The translations under genes were made by a program, and so were the position numbers. The notes beneath the pieces are model-generated. The model was not told the origin of the DNA. It searched no databases and saw only the letters and a program-made list of their open reading frames with translations. Positions 38,928-49,288 of a stretch of 64,000 bases of DNA are shown in pieces; positions within the stretch are counted from its first letter, which is position 1, and each line of letters starts with the position of its first letter. Source of the DNA: Fervidobacterium sp. (GTDB lineage: Bacteria > Thermotogota > Thermotogae > Thermotogales > Fervidobacteriaceae); NCBI GenBank assembly GCA_049970055.1, contig JBMFNR010000002.1:52406-116405 (forward strand), in the 5' to 3' direction.

Positions 38928-40559
38928 ATGGCAACTACAGGAAGGTGGAATTGGTCGGAAGTTAACAAAGTTAACTTCTCGAAGATTCGAACAACGATCG
39001 AAACAGCCTTTTATGGTAATAACGTTGAGCTTCTAACATCGAGACGAGAAGCATACAAAAAAGCGATGCGCTCTCCGGGAACAATAGTCACAGACTTATC
39101 TGTTTACAAGCCAGAACTTCTCAATTTGGATGAAGGAACAAAGATTCTTCTATTTAACGATGGAGCTACCGTTGGTAGATTTTCAGGAGCCAGAAAGATC
39201 TTAGGTATGCCAGGAGTAAATGAAGACCAACTTGCTGAGGTCGTGCGTGAAGCTATTTACGGTACAAGGTACAGGAAGTTGTACCATGCAATAAGTTACA
39301 CAGGACTACATTACGATTTTATTGTGAAAAACCACATACTTATCCCTGAAGGTTTTGAAAACACAGTTTACAGTTGGTTGCTAAATTTCCAAGACTTGAC
39401 ACCAGAGTACTCTTTGATGTATGAAAATTCAAAAATACTAAACGAACCTGATATATACATTTTTACCGATCCTGATTGGTCACATTCGGATTTTCCAGGT
39501 GGACTTGCATTATTTGATCCAAAAAACAACTGCGCGGCGTTGCTCGGACTAAGGTATTTTGGGGAGTTTAAGAAAGGCACACTTACGCTTGGGTGGTCCA
39601 TTGGAAACAGGCATGGATACGTTGCTTGCCATGGGGGTTTAAAAAAATATGAGCTTGATGGGAAACATTTCGTTGCAGCTTTTTTTGGATTGTCTGGATC
39701 GGGAAAGTCAACACTCACTCACGCTAAGCATAAAGGTAAGTACAACATCACAGTACTACATGACGACGCGTTGGTAATCAACCTTGAAGATCTTTCATCC
39801 ATCGCTCTTGAACCTTCTTACTTTGACAAAACTTCCGATTATCCTCTTACTAGTGAAGACAATAAATATCTGCTAACAATTCAAAACTGCGGCGCAACAA
39901 TTGACGAAGGCGGTAAAGTTGTTCCGGTCATGGAAGACATACGGAACGGAAATGGGAGGGCAATTAAATCGAAACTATGGTCACCAAATAGAGTTGACAA
40001 GATAGAAGAACCGATAAACGCGATTTTCTGGATAATGAAAGATCCAGTCTTACCACCCATCGTAAAAGTAGAAGATCCCGTACTTGCATCGACTATGGGA
40101 GCTACACTGGCAACTAAAAGAACATCGGCGGAAAAACTCTTACCAGGTGTGGACCCGGAGGCGCTCGTCTTTGAACCGTACGCTAACCCATTTAGAACTT
40201 ATCCACTTTCAGAGGACTATCATAAATTTAGAGCGTTATTTGAAAAGGGTGTGGAATGTTACATTGTGAATACGGGGTTTTATCTGAACAAAAAGGTACC
40301 AAAAGAGGTAACTTTGGAGATAATTGAACAAATTGTTGAGAAGAAAGCAAAGTTTGTTGATTGGTTTGGCGGGCTTAAAACCATGGAAATCGCTGGCTTT
40401 GAAGTGAGACCATCGGATTACGAGTACAGAGAACTTGTCAAAGTTTCACTAGAAAAGCGCATAGAGTTTATTAAAAGTAAAGAAGTAGAAAACCAAGGGT
40501 ACGATAGACTTCCAGAAGAATGCCTTTATTCAATAAATAATCTTATAGCGCTTTTATAA
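38928..40559 (+). CDS. pckA: Phosphoenolpyruvate carboxykinase (ATP)
   Basis: YFGEFKKG, FFGLSGSGKST, HDD and NGR motifs. Confidence 0.85.
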   Translation: MATTGRWNWSEVNKVNFSKIRTTIETAFYGNNVELLTSRREAYKKAMRSPGTIVTDLSVYKPELLNLDEGTKILLFNDGATVGRFSGARKILGMPGVNEDQLAEVVREAIYGTRYRKLYHAISYTGLHYDFIVKNHILIPEGFENTVYSWLLNFQDLTPEYSLMYENSKILNEPDIYIFTDPDWSHSDFPGGLALFDPKNNCAALLGLRYFGEFKKGTLTLGWSIGNRHGYVACHGGLKKYELDGKHFVAAFFGLSGSGKSTLTHAKHKGKYNITVLHDDALVINLEDLSSIALEPSYFDKTSDYPLTSEDNKYLLTIQNCGATIDEGGKVVPVMEDIRNGNGRAIKSKLWSPNRVDKIEEPINAIFWIMKDPVLPPIVKVEDPVLASTMGATLATKRTSAEKLLPGVDPEALVFEPYANPFRTYPLSEDYHKFRALFEKGVECYIVNTGFYLNKKVPKEVTLEIIEQIVEKKAKFVDWFGGLKTMEIAGFEVRPSDYEYRELVKVSLEKRIEFIKSKEVENQGYDRLPEECLYSINNLIALL

Positions 40560-40704
40560 GACGATAATATTTAGTTTACCAAAAATTTACCTTTCGTTAA
40601 TTTACAATTGTTTATACATAATATAAAATTATACTAGGTTTCAAAAAAATACTATATATTTAAACTTTGGAGTAAAAACGAATTGAAAGTGAGGAGGTGT
40701 TTTC

Positions 40705-41343
40705 ATGGGTTTACCACTTATAGGTGAGAAAGTTCCAGAATTTACAGCAAAAACAACGCACGGGGTTATAAACTTTCCAAAGGACTACGAAGGGAAATGG
40801 GTAGTTCTTTTCAGTCACCCAGCAGACTTTACACCCGTTTGTACGACAGAATTCGTTGCATTTCAAAAAAGGTTTGATGAATTTAAAGCATTAAACACCG
40901 AGCTTATCGGTTTGAGCATCGACCAGGTGTTTTCACACATCAAGTGGGTAGAGTGGATAAAAGAAAAACTCGGAATTGAAATCAAGTTCCCAATTATAGC
41001 AGACGACAGAGGGCAAATAGCTGAACTATTCGGTATGATTCACCCAGGGAAGGGCACAAACACAGTAAGAGCGGTGTTTATAATCGACCCTAAAGGTATT
41101 CTAAGAGCTTCGCTATACTATCCACAAGAACTTGGAAGGAATATGGACGAAATACTGAGAATGGTAAAAGGATTGCAAGTTGTTGACGCTAACGGAGTTG
41201 CGCTTCCGGCAAATTGGCCAAATAATGAACTGGTGAATGACGAGGTAATAATCCCACCGGCAAGTGATTGTGAAACAGCTGTAAAAAGACCTCAAGAATA
41301 CGACTGTTATGATTGGTGGTTCTGCCACAAAAAGCTGAAATAA
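40705..41343 (+). CDS. Peroxiredoxin (Prx6 / archaeal-type)
   Basis: [23 protein letters not shown] and C-terminal CYDWWFC. Confidence 0.93.
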   Translation: MGLPLIGEKVPEFTAKTTHGVINFPKDYEGKWVVLFSHPADFTPVCTTEFVAFQKRFDEFKALNTELIGLSIDQVFSHIKWVEWIKEKLGIEIKFPIIADDRGQIAELFGMIHPGKGTNTVRAVFIIDPKGILRASLYYPQELGRNMDEILRMVKGLQVVDANGVALPANWPNNELVNDEVIIPPASDCETAVKRPQEYDCYDWWFCHKKLK

Positions 41344-41367
41344 AATACATAGCTATAACAATTACAT

Positions 41368-41399
41368 AAATAAGCGGGAGATTTTTCTCCCGCTTATTT
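41368..41399. terminator. Bidirectional terminator
   Basis: AAATAAGCGGGAGA-tttt-TCTCCCGCTTATTT. Confidence 0.88.
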
Positions 41400-41401
41400 T
41401 A

Positions 41402-43858
41402 TTATTCATAAACTTTCTTTATTTTCCAGATGTCTTTTGCATACTCTTCGATTGTTCTATCACTTGAAAATTTTCCACTTCTTGCGATGTTAAGTAGTGA
41501 TTTTTTATTCCATTCCGTTTGATTAAGGTAGAGTTCTTCTACTTGCTTGTGTGCTTTTTCGTAAGATTCAAAATCAGCAAGCAAGAAGTACTGATCAGGC
41601 ATTGGAGCGTGTTTTCCATAAAGTAACGATTCGTATATATCCGCAAAGAGCTCGGGATTTTCTTTGCTAAAGTACCCATTTTTAACCATATCAAGGACCT
41701 TTCTGATTTTCTCATTCTCTAAGTAAATGCCAAATGGGTTATATATACCTTTTTTTCTCGCTTCGTCGATTTCTTCCGCTTTTAATCCGAAAATGAATAT
41801 ATTTTCTTGCCCCACTTCTTCAAGTATTTCTATGTTTGCACCATCTAATGTTCCAAGTGTTAAGGCTCCGTTGATCATAAACTTCATATTCCCAGTACCA
41901 GAAGCTTCCGTACCAGCTGTCGAAATCTGCTCACTTATATTGGCTGCTGGAATGATTATTTGAGCTGCGGACACGTTGTAATTAGGTACAAAGACAACTT
42001 TTAATTGCTTACTAACTTCTGGGTCGCTGTTTACAATATCCGCAACACTGTTTATTAATTTGATTATCAGTTTTGCCATCTTGTAACCAGGCGCTGATTT
42101 ACCCGCGAAAATAAATGTCCTCGGTACTCTTAGGTTATTACCTGCCTTTATTTCGTTGTATAGGTGAATAATATGCAGTACGTTAAGTAACTGTCTTTTA
42201 TATTCATGAATCCTTTTGACCTGTATATCAAAGAGCGTTGAAGGATCAATCGATACACCTGTCTTTTCCATAATGTATCTTGCTAATCTTTCCTTGTTCC
42301 ATTGTTTTGCCTGTGATAATCTAGAAAGAAATTCTTGATCATCGATAAAAGATTCAAGTTTTCTCAATTCGTAAAGATTGGTAATCCAACCATCGCCAAT
42401 GCTTCCTGTAATTACCTTTGAAAGTGGTGGATTACATTCAAGTAGCCACCTTCTTTGAGTTACGCCATTTGTTTTATTGTTGAACTTCTCAGGATACATT
42501 TCGTAAAAGTCTTTAAGAACACTTTTCTTAAGAATTTTTGTGTGAAGTTCAGATACGCCGTTTATCGAGAATGAACCAACTGAGGATAAATTTGCCATCC
42601 TGACTTTCTTTATATTCCCTTCTTCAAAAATGGACATATCAATGATTTTTTTCAGATTACCATCGAATTTTTTACCAACTTCGTCCAAGAATCTTGCATT
42701 AATCTCTTCTATTATCTGGTAGTGTCTTGGTAGCATATGTTGAAGTAGTGGTGCTTCCCATTTTTCAAGTGCTTCAGGCATCACCGTGTGGTTTGTGTAA
42801 GCGATCGTGTTTTTAACGATATCCCAAGCTTTCTCCCAACCATATCCTTCTTCGTCAAGTAATATCCTCATCAATTCTGGTATAGCAAGCGCGGGATGTG
42901 TATCATTCAATTGTATTACTTCCGACTGATGTAAGTTACTTAAATCATTACCAAATCTTCTCTTATGCCTTCTTATTATGTCTTGGAGTGCAGCACTAAC
43001 AAAGAAATACTCTTGCTTTAGCCTTAACTCCCTACCTTGGTAAAATGCATCGTTCGGGTAAAGCACTTTACAAAGTGTTTCTGCAAAGTTTTTCTCGTAA
43101 ACTGCTCTTTCATAGTTACCTTTCTCAAACTCTGTGAAGTTAAATTCATTTAGCGCTTTTGGATGCCAGAGCCTGAGTACAGAGACAATATTGCTGTTGT
43201 AGCCTGTTATGTAAATATCGTATGGTACAGCAAGAATATCGTAGGTATCAACCCATCTAAATCTGAGGTTACTATTTTCATCTGTGTAACTCTCACTTCT
43301 ACCAAAGAATTTCACAACGACTGATTCTTCTATTTTGGGAAATTCCCATGGATAACCGTTTTTTAGCCAATCATCGGGTATTTCCTTCTGGTAGCCATTT
43401 TCGATTACTTGCTTGAAGAGACCGTACTGGTATCTAATTGTGTATCCGAACGAGAGATAACCTAATGTCGCTAAGGAATCTAAAAAGCAGGCTGCAAGTC
43501 TTCCAAGACCACCGTTCCCGAGAGCTGCATCTTCTTCAAGTAAAGCTATATCAGAAAGATCCAAGTTAAATTTCTCAAGTACCTCTCTGACTTCTTTTTC
43601 AGCTTGAAGATTTAAGATGTTGTTGTAAAGAAGTCTTCCAATCAAAAATTCCATCGACAAATAGTTCACAATTTTTAAATCTTTTCTTTTGTACATGATC
43701 TCCTCTGTTTTGAGCCATTTATCAACTACTAAATCTCTAACGGAATATGAGAGCGCAAAGAACTTTTGGAGAATGGTTGAAAGTTCTGTGTTTTCCGCCA
43801 AAGTGTGGTTTAAATGATAAACAAATCGCTCCGATAAATCTATCTTCTTGCTTTTCAC
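41402..43858 (-). CDS. glgP: Glycogen/maltodextrin phosphorylase
   Basis: GNGGLGRLAAC, LNDTHP, KRIHEYKRQ and EASGTGNMK (PLP Lys); GTG start at 43858. Confidence 0.95.
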   Translation of the reverse strand: MKSKKIDLSERFVYHLNHTLAENTELSTILQKFFALSYSVRDLVVDKWLKTEEIMYKRKDLKIVNYLSMEFLIGRLLYNNILNLQAEKEVREVLEKFNLDLSDIALLEEDAALGNGGLGRLAACFLDSLATLGYLSFGYTIRYQYGLFKQVIENGYQKEIPDDWLKNGYPWEFPKIEESVVVKFFGRSESYTDENSNLRFRWVDTYDILAVPYDIYITGYNSNIVSVLRLWHPKALNEFNFTEFEKGNYERAVYEKNFAETLCKVLYPNDAFYQGRELRLKQEYFFVSAALQDIIRRHKRRFGNDLSNLHQSEVIQLNDTHPALAIPELMRILLDEEGYGWEKAWDIVKNTIAYTNHTVMPEALEKWEAPLLQHMLPRHYQIIEEINARFLDEVGKKFDGNLKKIIDMSIFEEGNIKKVRMANLSSVGSFSINGVSELHTKILKKSVLKDFYEMYPEKFNNKTNGVTQRRWLLECNPPLSKVITGSIGDGWITNLYELRKLESFIDDQEFLSRLSQAKQWNKERLARYIMEKTGVSIDPSTLFDIQVKRIHEYKRQLLNVLHIIHLYNEIKAGNNLRVPRTFIFAGKSAPGYKMAKLIIKLINSVADIVNSDPEVSKQLKVVFVPNYNVSAAQIIIPAANISEQISTAGTEASGTGNMKFMINGALTLGTLDGANIEILEEVGQENIFIFGLKAEEIDEARKKGIYNPFGIYLENEKIRKVLDMVKNGYFSKENPELFADIYESLLYGKHAPMPDQYFLLADFESYEKAHKQVEELYLNQTEWNKKSLLNIARSGKFSSDRTIEEYAKDIWKIKKVYE

Positions 43859-44004
43859 TACATGCACCCCGCTTTTGAAACGCTTCCAACAAAATACCAT
43901 TTTAAAGTTTACACTAAATTTTTGAAAATGTCAAATCAACGGTAAATAATCTAAAAATAATGCAGTTATCGACTTATTACGTATTATTTCAAGTGTATGT
44001 AAAA

Positions 44005-44033
44005 AAAGGATGCCATTTTTAGTGGCATCCTTT
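44005..44033 (-). terminator. Terminator after the PadR-NifX operon
   Basis: AAAGGATGCCA..TGGCATCCTTT hairpin with a T7 tract on the minus strand. Confidence 0.8.
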
Positions 44034-44050
44034 ATATATCCAGGATAATT

Positions 44051-44446
44051 TTACTTTTTAATGATGTTTCGCAATTTACCTTGGATAAATTCATTTATGG
44101 CATCGTCTATACTTGTACCAACGCGTACTAAATAAACACCTATGTTTCTATCTTTTAAATCTTCAAACATGTGTGGCCCAATCCTTACAGCTATAACACC
44201 ATCGATATCTCCAATTGATTCAAAAACTTCTTCATGACCATGTCCATGACCGCCGTTCTCGTGATGGTGTCCATAATGGTAGCCATGATGGTATCCACCG
44301 TGGTGTCCCCTCGCATGGAGATTGTCAACAAGTTTTCTTGAGATTTCTTTAGCTTCTTGAATTTCAACAACTACAAAGTGTTCCGCTTTACCAAAGTGTG
44401 GAGCAACAGTGGTGCCATCGTCTGTCGGAATAGCAATTCTAACCAT
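44051..44446 (-). CDS. NifB/NifX-family (Fe-Mo cofactor-binding-like) protein with His-rich insertion
   Basis: RIAIP, HFGKAEHF and IG..M..L..I.V motifs; internal HARGHHGGYHHGYHYGHHHENGGHGHGH. Confidence 0.85.
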   Translation of the reverse strand: MVRIAIPTDDGTTVAPHFGKAEHFVVVEIQEAKEISRKLVDNLHARGHHGGYHHGYHYGHHHENGGHGHGHEEVFESIGDIDGVIAVRIGPHMFEDLKDRNIGVYLVRVGTSIDDAINEFIQGKLRNIIKK

Positions 44447-44462
44447 CTTTTACACCTCCTAA

Positions 44463-44849
44463 TCAATCTATCTTGTTTTCCAAGAATTTCTCAAAAGATT
44501 CTTTGAGCATCTGTATAAAGCTTTCCAAGTTTCTTAAGTATTCTTCACCATCTTTTGTAAGTGAGTAAATTTTTCTGAGCCCACCGTTTCCTTCCTTCAC
44601 GGTATAAGTTAGCACACCGTAGTTCTCCAGCTTCCTAAGAATGTTATATACAACACCTGGGTCGTGTTTGAATGGATAGTATTCTAATTTGTTTAATCTT
44701 TCGTATAAATCATATCCATGCATAGGTTCCTTTTTTATTAGTTTTAAAATCACAGCCGTTAAAAAATCACCAGTTGAGAAACCGGTTTCTTCACATCTGT
44801 GCAAACTTCTTTCATTCTTGTGTTGACATCCACATTTTCTACGCATCAT
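44463..44849 (-). CDS. PadR-family transcriptional regulator
   Basis: PMHGYDL, PGVVYNILRKLE and RKIYSLT..G motifs; ATG 44849 after GAGGT. Confidence 0.9.
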   Translation of the reverse strand: MMRRKCGCQHKNERSLHRCEETGFSTGDFLTAVILKLIKKEPMHGYDLYERLNKLEYYPFKHDPGVVYNILRKLENYGVLTYTVKEGNGGLRKIYSLTKDGEEYLRNLESFIQMLKESFEKFLENKID

Positions 44850-44895
44850 TTCAACCTCTTTTACCAAATATCTTAAAGACTTTGACCACGATTTT

Positions 44896-44926
44896 ATTAT
44901 AAATCAGTATTGATAATTTGTCAATA
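44896..44926 (-). promoter_or_regulatory. Consensus promoter with overlapping palindromic operator
   Basis: TTGACA-N17-TATAAT; near-perfect 19-bp palindrome TATTGATAATTTGTCAATA over the -35. Confidence 0.75.
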
Positions 44927-44987
44927 TAGATTTTTTTAAAAGCCCCTCTTAATAGCGAGGGGCTGGGGGTACCAGGAAGGAGGATTA

Positions 44988-46358
44988 TTAAACATCAAAG
45001 TACAGATCAAACTCTTTCGGATGAGGAATAGCGTTAACCTGGCGTTCTTCAGAAAGTTTAGCTTTCGCCCAATGTTCAATTAATTCCTTAGGGAATGTCG
45101 TTAAGAAGCTATTATTTGAAAGCAACGCGTTACAACTTTCTTCCAAAGATTTTGGAAGTGGTTTTAATTCTTTTTCGTACATATCCCCCTCGAATGGTCC
45201 AAACCCTTCTGCAGTTGGATCTATTTTGTTTATTATTCCATCTACCCCTGCAAGGATCATGGCAGCAAAACCAAGGTAAGGATTGCAGGATGCATCGATT
45301 GTTCTGAATTCTATTCTTCTTTTTTCCGGGTCTTTGACGTAGCCCGGAATTCTTATCGCGGATGTTCTGTTAGCGATTGCAAAAACTGCGTTTGTTGGAG
45401 CTTCAAAGCCCGGAATCAAGCGCCTGTATGAATTAGTTGATGGATTCGTAAAAGCCATCAGCGAAGGTGCATTTTTTAGTATTCCACCAATGTAGTAGAG
45501 TGCTTCTTGTGAAAGATTGTATATTTTGTCGCCATCGAATATGTTCTTCCCATCCTTTTTCAAAAATTGGTGTACGTGCATTCCGTTTCCCGCTTCATCA
45601 TAAAGAGGCTTTGGCATAAATGTGACTATATAACCATACTCTTTCGCAACCATTCTTGCAACATGCTTTACGATCATCGTGTAATCCGCCGCTTTCAGCG
45701 CATCGATTAACGGAAGTTCAATCTCTACTTGACATGTCCCCACTTCATGATGATGGTATTTTACAGGGATGCCATATTCAAGTAATTTTTTTACTATAGC
45801 GTTACGTACTTCCATTAATCTATCAAATGGAGGAATTCTGTGGTAACCTTTTTTTCTTCCTATGAAATATTCTCCGGTTTCGCCCGATTTCCAAAAGGCT
45901 TCAGAACTGTCGATTTCTAAAGATATCTTATTGTTTTTCACCTCATACCTTACGTCTTCAAATATGTGAAATTCATACTCAGGTCCCAAGTACACCTCAT
46001 CTGCAACGTCTTTTATTGACTCAAGTGTTCTTTTGAGTATCGTCCTCGGGTCATGAGTACATGGGGTCATGTTTTCAACCTCGTAAACATCACATATCAT
46101 TGAGAGAACTTTTTCTCCATTGTACTCTTCTATTATCGCTGTCTTTGGGTCAGGGATAATAACCATGTCACTATTGAAAACTTCAGTGTATCCCAAATTA
46201 GAAGCGTCAAAACCAACGCCTTCGATAAATGTTTTTTCGGAAAAGTTTGTTTTTGCAAGCGTAACGTGTCGCCATCTTCCCCATAGGTCAACTACTTTTA
46301 AATCTATGAAGTTAATTCCTTCTTGCTCTACCAATTTTAAAACATAACTTACTTCCAT
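44988..46358 (-). CDS. glnA: Glutamine synthetase type I
   Basis: FDAS, GPEYEF, HHEV, FMPKP, GNGMHVH, NSYRRLIPGFEAP, NRTSAIRIP and IEFR motifs. Confidence 0.95.
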   Translation of the reverse strand: MEVSYVLKLVEQEGINFIDLKVVDLWGRWRHVTLAKTNFSEKTFIEGVGFDASNLGYTEVFNSDMVIIPDPKTAIIEEYNGEKVLSMICDVYEVENMTPCTHDPRTILKRTLESIKDVADEVYLGPEYEFHIFEDVRYEVKNNKISLEIDSSEAFWKSGETGEYFIGRKKGYHRIPPFDRLMEVRNAIVKKLLEYGIPVKYHHHEVGTCQVEIELPLIDALKAADYTMIVKHVARMVAKEYGYIVTFMPKPLYDEAGNGMHVHQFLKKDGKNIFDGDKIYNLSQEALYYIGGILKNAPSLMAFTNPSTNSYRRLIPGFEAPTNAVFAIANRTSAIRIPGYVKDPEKRRIEFRTIDASCNPYLGFAAMILAGVDGIINKIDPTAEGFGPFEGDMYEKELKPLPKSLEESCNALLSNNSFLTTFPKELIEHWAKAKLSEERQVNAIPHPKEFDLYFDV

Positions 46359-46649
46359 CTTCTCAGCCTCCCAATGTGGTATCTATGCAATTTTATTTTA
46401 TCATCTTGATAAAACGATAACAAATTATCGTTGAATCAAGTAATCGCTGCGTTTTGTTCTGAAAATTAAAATCTTCTCGTTATCTTAAATTTTTGTACGT
46501 ATGCTATAATATACTACGAGTTGCACTTTAATATTCTAACAATTAGAAATACCGACAAATTGTAAAATAAATTGCATAGAATTATAATTGAAAAGCTCAG
46601 ATAAAATTTGAAAAGAAGGCTGAATAGAAAATAAAAGGAGGATCCGGCT

Positions 46650-47729
46650 ATGAAAGCTATTATTCTGTGTGCAGGTAAGGGTACAAGATTAAGACCTTTG
46701 ACTTATACAACAGCCAAACACCTTATCCCTGTTGCAAACAAACCTGTTATACTTTATACTATCGAAAAGATTAAAAGTGTCGGTATCTCTCAGATTGGCA
46801 TAATAGTCAGTCCAGAAAATAAATCCGACTTTGAGCAGAACCTCGGAGATGGTAGTAAATATGGTATTGAGATAACTTACATACTTCAACCTGAACCAAA
46901 AGGACTCGCGCACGCCGTCTTGATGGCGAAAGATTTTCTCGCTGGTGAAGACTTCATGATGTACCTCGGCGACAACCTTATCATGGATGATATTAAACCT
47001 TTTGTCAAAGAATTCGAAGAGAAAAAGGAAATAAGTGCCCTCATCATGCTCTCTCCAGTTAATGACCCAACAAGATTTGGTATTGCAGTAATGGAAGGGA
47101 ATAAAATAGTAAGAACCATAGAAAAACCAAAAGAACCACCTTCAAACCTAGCAATCATAGGTTTGTATCTTTTTAGAAAAGATATATTTGAAGGTATTGA
47201 AAACATTAAACCATCATGGCGTGGTGAGTTGGAAATCACAGATGCAATAGATTGGCTAATTAGAAATAAGGGAAACGTAGAAGGGCACATAATATACGGT
47301 TGGTGGAAGGATACAGGTAAGCCTGAAGATTTACTTGAAGCAAATCATAAAATTTTAGATGAAATAATCGAGGAGTTCAAAATAGAAGGTACAGTGGAGG
47401 CATCATCTCTTATTCAAGGAAGAGTTAGTATCGGTGAAGGAAGTGAAGTTGTAGATAGTGTTGTAAGGGGACCTGTGATAATCGGTAAGAATTGTACTAT
47501 CTCAAATGCCTACATAGGACCATATACATCCGTAGGAGATGGCGTACTCATCGAAAATTGTGAAATTGAAAACTCTATTGTAATGGACGAAGTCAGAATT
47601 TCTAATTTATCACAGAGAATCGATTCTTCATTAATTGGCAAAAAAGTCGAAATTATCGAAAATGATGGTAAACCAAAAGGTGTGCAAATCATCGTAGGTG
47701 ATCTCGGAAGAGTTATCGTTTCAAGATAA
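46650..47729 (+). CDS. Glucose-1-phosphate thymidylyltransferase, long form
   Basis: AGKGTRLRPLT, YLGDN, EKP, RGELEITDA, WKDTG motifs and a hexapeptide-repeat C-terminus. Confidence 0.9.
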   Translation: MKAIILCAGKGTRLRPLTYTTAKHLIPVANKPVILYTIEKIKSVGISQIGIIVSPENKSDFEQNLGDGSKYGIEITYILQPEPKGLAHAVLMAKDFLAGEDFMMYLGDNLIMDDIKPFVKEFEEKKEISALIMLSPVNDPTRFGIAVMEGNKIVRTIEKPKEPPSNLAIIGLYLFRKDIFEGIENIKPSWRGELEITDAIDWLIRNKGNVEGHIIYGWWKDTGKPEDLLEANHKILDEIIEEFKIEGTVEASSLIQGRVSIGEGSEVVDSVVRGPVIIGKNCTISNAYIGPYTSVGDGVLIENCEIENSIVMDEVRISNLSQRIDSSLIGKKVEIIENDGKPKGVQIIVGDLGRVIVSR

Positions 47730-47753
47730 TTCCTGTTCTTGGGAGGGTAGAAT

Positions 47754-48584
47754 GTGGTAAAGTTAATAGTCACCGACCTGGATGGTACGTTATTAAACGA
47801 CGAAAAACACATTCCATACGAAAATATACAAGCGCTTAGGGCTGCCCTTGAAAAGGGTATAAATGTCAGTGTAGCAACTGGACGCAATTTTGGTTCCGCC
47901 AAGAGATACATAGAAGAGCTTGATTTAGATGTACCTGTTATATTCCAAAATGGAGCATTTATATATGAATGGATGGAAAATAAAATTATATACAAGTCCG
48001 ATTTGAAGTCGGAAATTGCAGTAAACATCGTAGAAAAAGCCCGTAAGTATGATTTATTTTACATTGTATACATCGATTTTCTTGAAGAGAAGGATATGTA
48101 CATCGATATCGATTATCTTGGAGAATTTTTACCTTATTTGAATAACAACAGTTGGCGAATAAATAAAGTCGAAGATGCTTTAAAATACGTGACAAAACGA
48201 GATTCAATTGCAGAAGTAGCACTTGTAGGTGATGAAGAGAAGATAGTAAAAGCAATACAAGAAGCACTTTCAGGCTTTGAACATCAAACAAGTGTAGTAA
48301 AGAATAATAAAGTAAACACAGAAACCTTTTACGAAATATTCGGTCCTAATTCGTCGAAAGAGCTTTCTTTCAAATACTTACTTGAATATTTTAACGTAAG
48401 TCCCGAGGAAACCATGTACTTGGGTGATAATTTTAACGATATTGGGATGCTCAAATTAGTTGGGTATCCCGTAGTAATGGAAAATGCACCTGAAGAAGTT
48501 AAAAAGTACGCAAAATATATAAGTAAGTCAAATAACGAAGCAGGCGTTGCTTACGCAGTGAAAACTTGGGGGTTGAGATTATGA
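47754..48584 (+). CDS. Cof-type HAD-IIB hydrolase
   Basis: DLDGTLL, ATGR, GDNFND and NA..VK motifs. Confidence 0.92.
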   Translation: MVKLIVTDLDGTLLNDEKHIPYENIQALRAALEKGINVSVATGRNFGSAKRYIEELDLDVPVIFQNGAFIYEWMENKIIYKSDLKSEIAVNIVEKARKYDLFYIVYIDFLEEKDMYIDIDYLGEFLPYLNNNSWRINKVEDALKYVTKRDSIAEVALVGDEEKIVKAIQEALSGFEHQTSVVKNNKVNTETFYEIFGPNSSKELSFKYLLEYFNVSPEETMYLGDNFNDIGMLKLVGYPVVMENAPEEVKKYAKYISKSNNEAGVAYAVKTWGLRL

Positions 48585-49288
48585 TTATTAGAAAATCGGT
48601 TTGCTTAGTTCTGAGCTTAGCTTTTTTCACTTTAATTTTTGCAGATTTGTCCTATCAAATTCAATACATGATAGGTAACAGACAAGCAAAACAACTTGAT
48701 GAACTTTTAAAAACTTTAAAGTACGATGAGCTAGCACCTGAAGAAAAAGGCGAAGTTGCTATTGCTTACAGTGAACTGTACAGTTGGGGCGGCATGGGGT
48801 ATAATTACTCCGAGATAGCTTATCAATTATCCGAAAAGTTGGTAAAAGATTATCCAACTTTCTGGAAAGGTTATTACTCCATGGCCCTTGTACTTTCGCA
48901 TAGAGTTCAAAAGAATAATTTGCTCGCAATTATTCTTCTAACAAAGATAGATCAAAACTTAGAGCTAGCAATCAAATACGGACAAGATCAGTGGTTGCCT
49001 TATTTACTGTCGGCAATAAGGTATATCGAAGTTCCCATTTTCCCAGATCTTGAAAAGGCTGAGATGTTGATCAAAAAAGCCATTGAACTTAACCCAGATC
49101 ATAATTACTCCTATCTGATGTATGGAAAGTTGCTTGAAAAGAAGCAGGAATATTGTGAATCTGCAAAAATGTACAAAATGGTATTAAGCATGAAAGTCAG
49201 ACCGGAGCGGAAGAAAATAGACGAGGAAGCACAACAAATAGCAAGGCAAAGACTCTCGGAGGTGGAAAAAAAGTGTACCAAAAAATAA
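48581..49288 (+). CDS. Exported TPR-like protein
   Basis: Signal peptide MIIRKSVCLVLSLAFFTLIFA; helical repeats such as KAIELNPDH..YLMYGKLL. Confidence 0.75.
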   Translation: MIIRKSVCLVLSLAFFTLIFADLSYQIQYMIGNRQAKQLDELLKTLKYDELAPEEKGEVAIAYSELYSWGGMGYNYSEIAYQLSEKLVKDYPTFWKGYYSMALVLSHRVQKNNLLAIILLTKIDQNLELAIKYGQDQWLPYLLSAIRYIEVPIFPDLEKAEMLIKKAIELNPDHNYSYLMYGKLLEKKQEYCESAKMYKMVLSMKVRPERKKIDEEAQQIARQRLSEVEKKCTKK

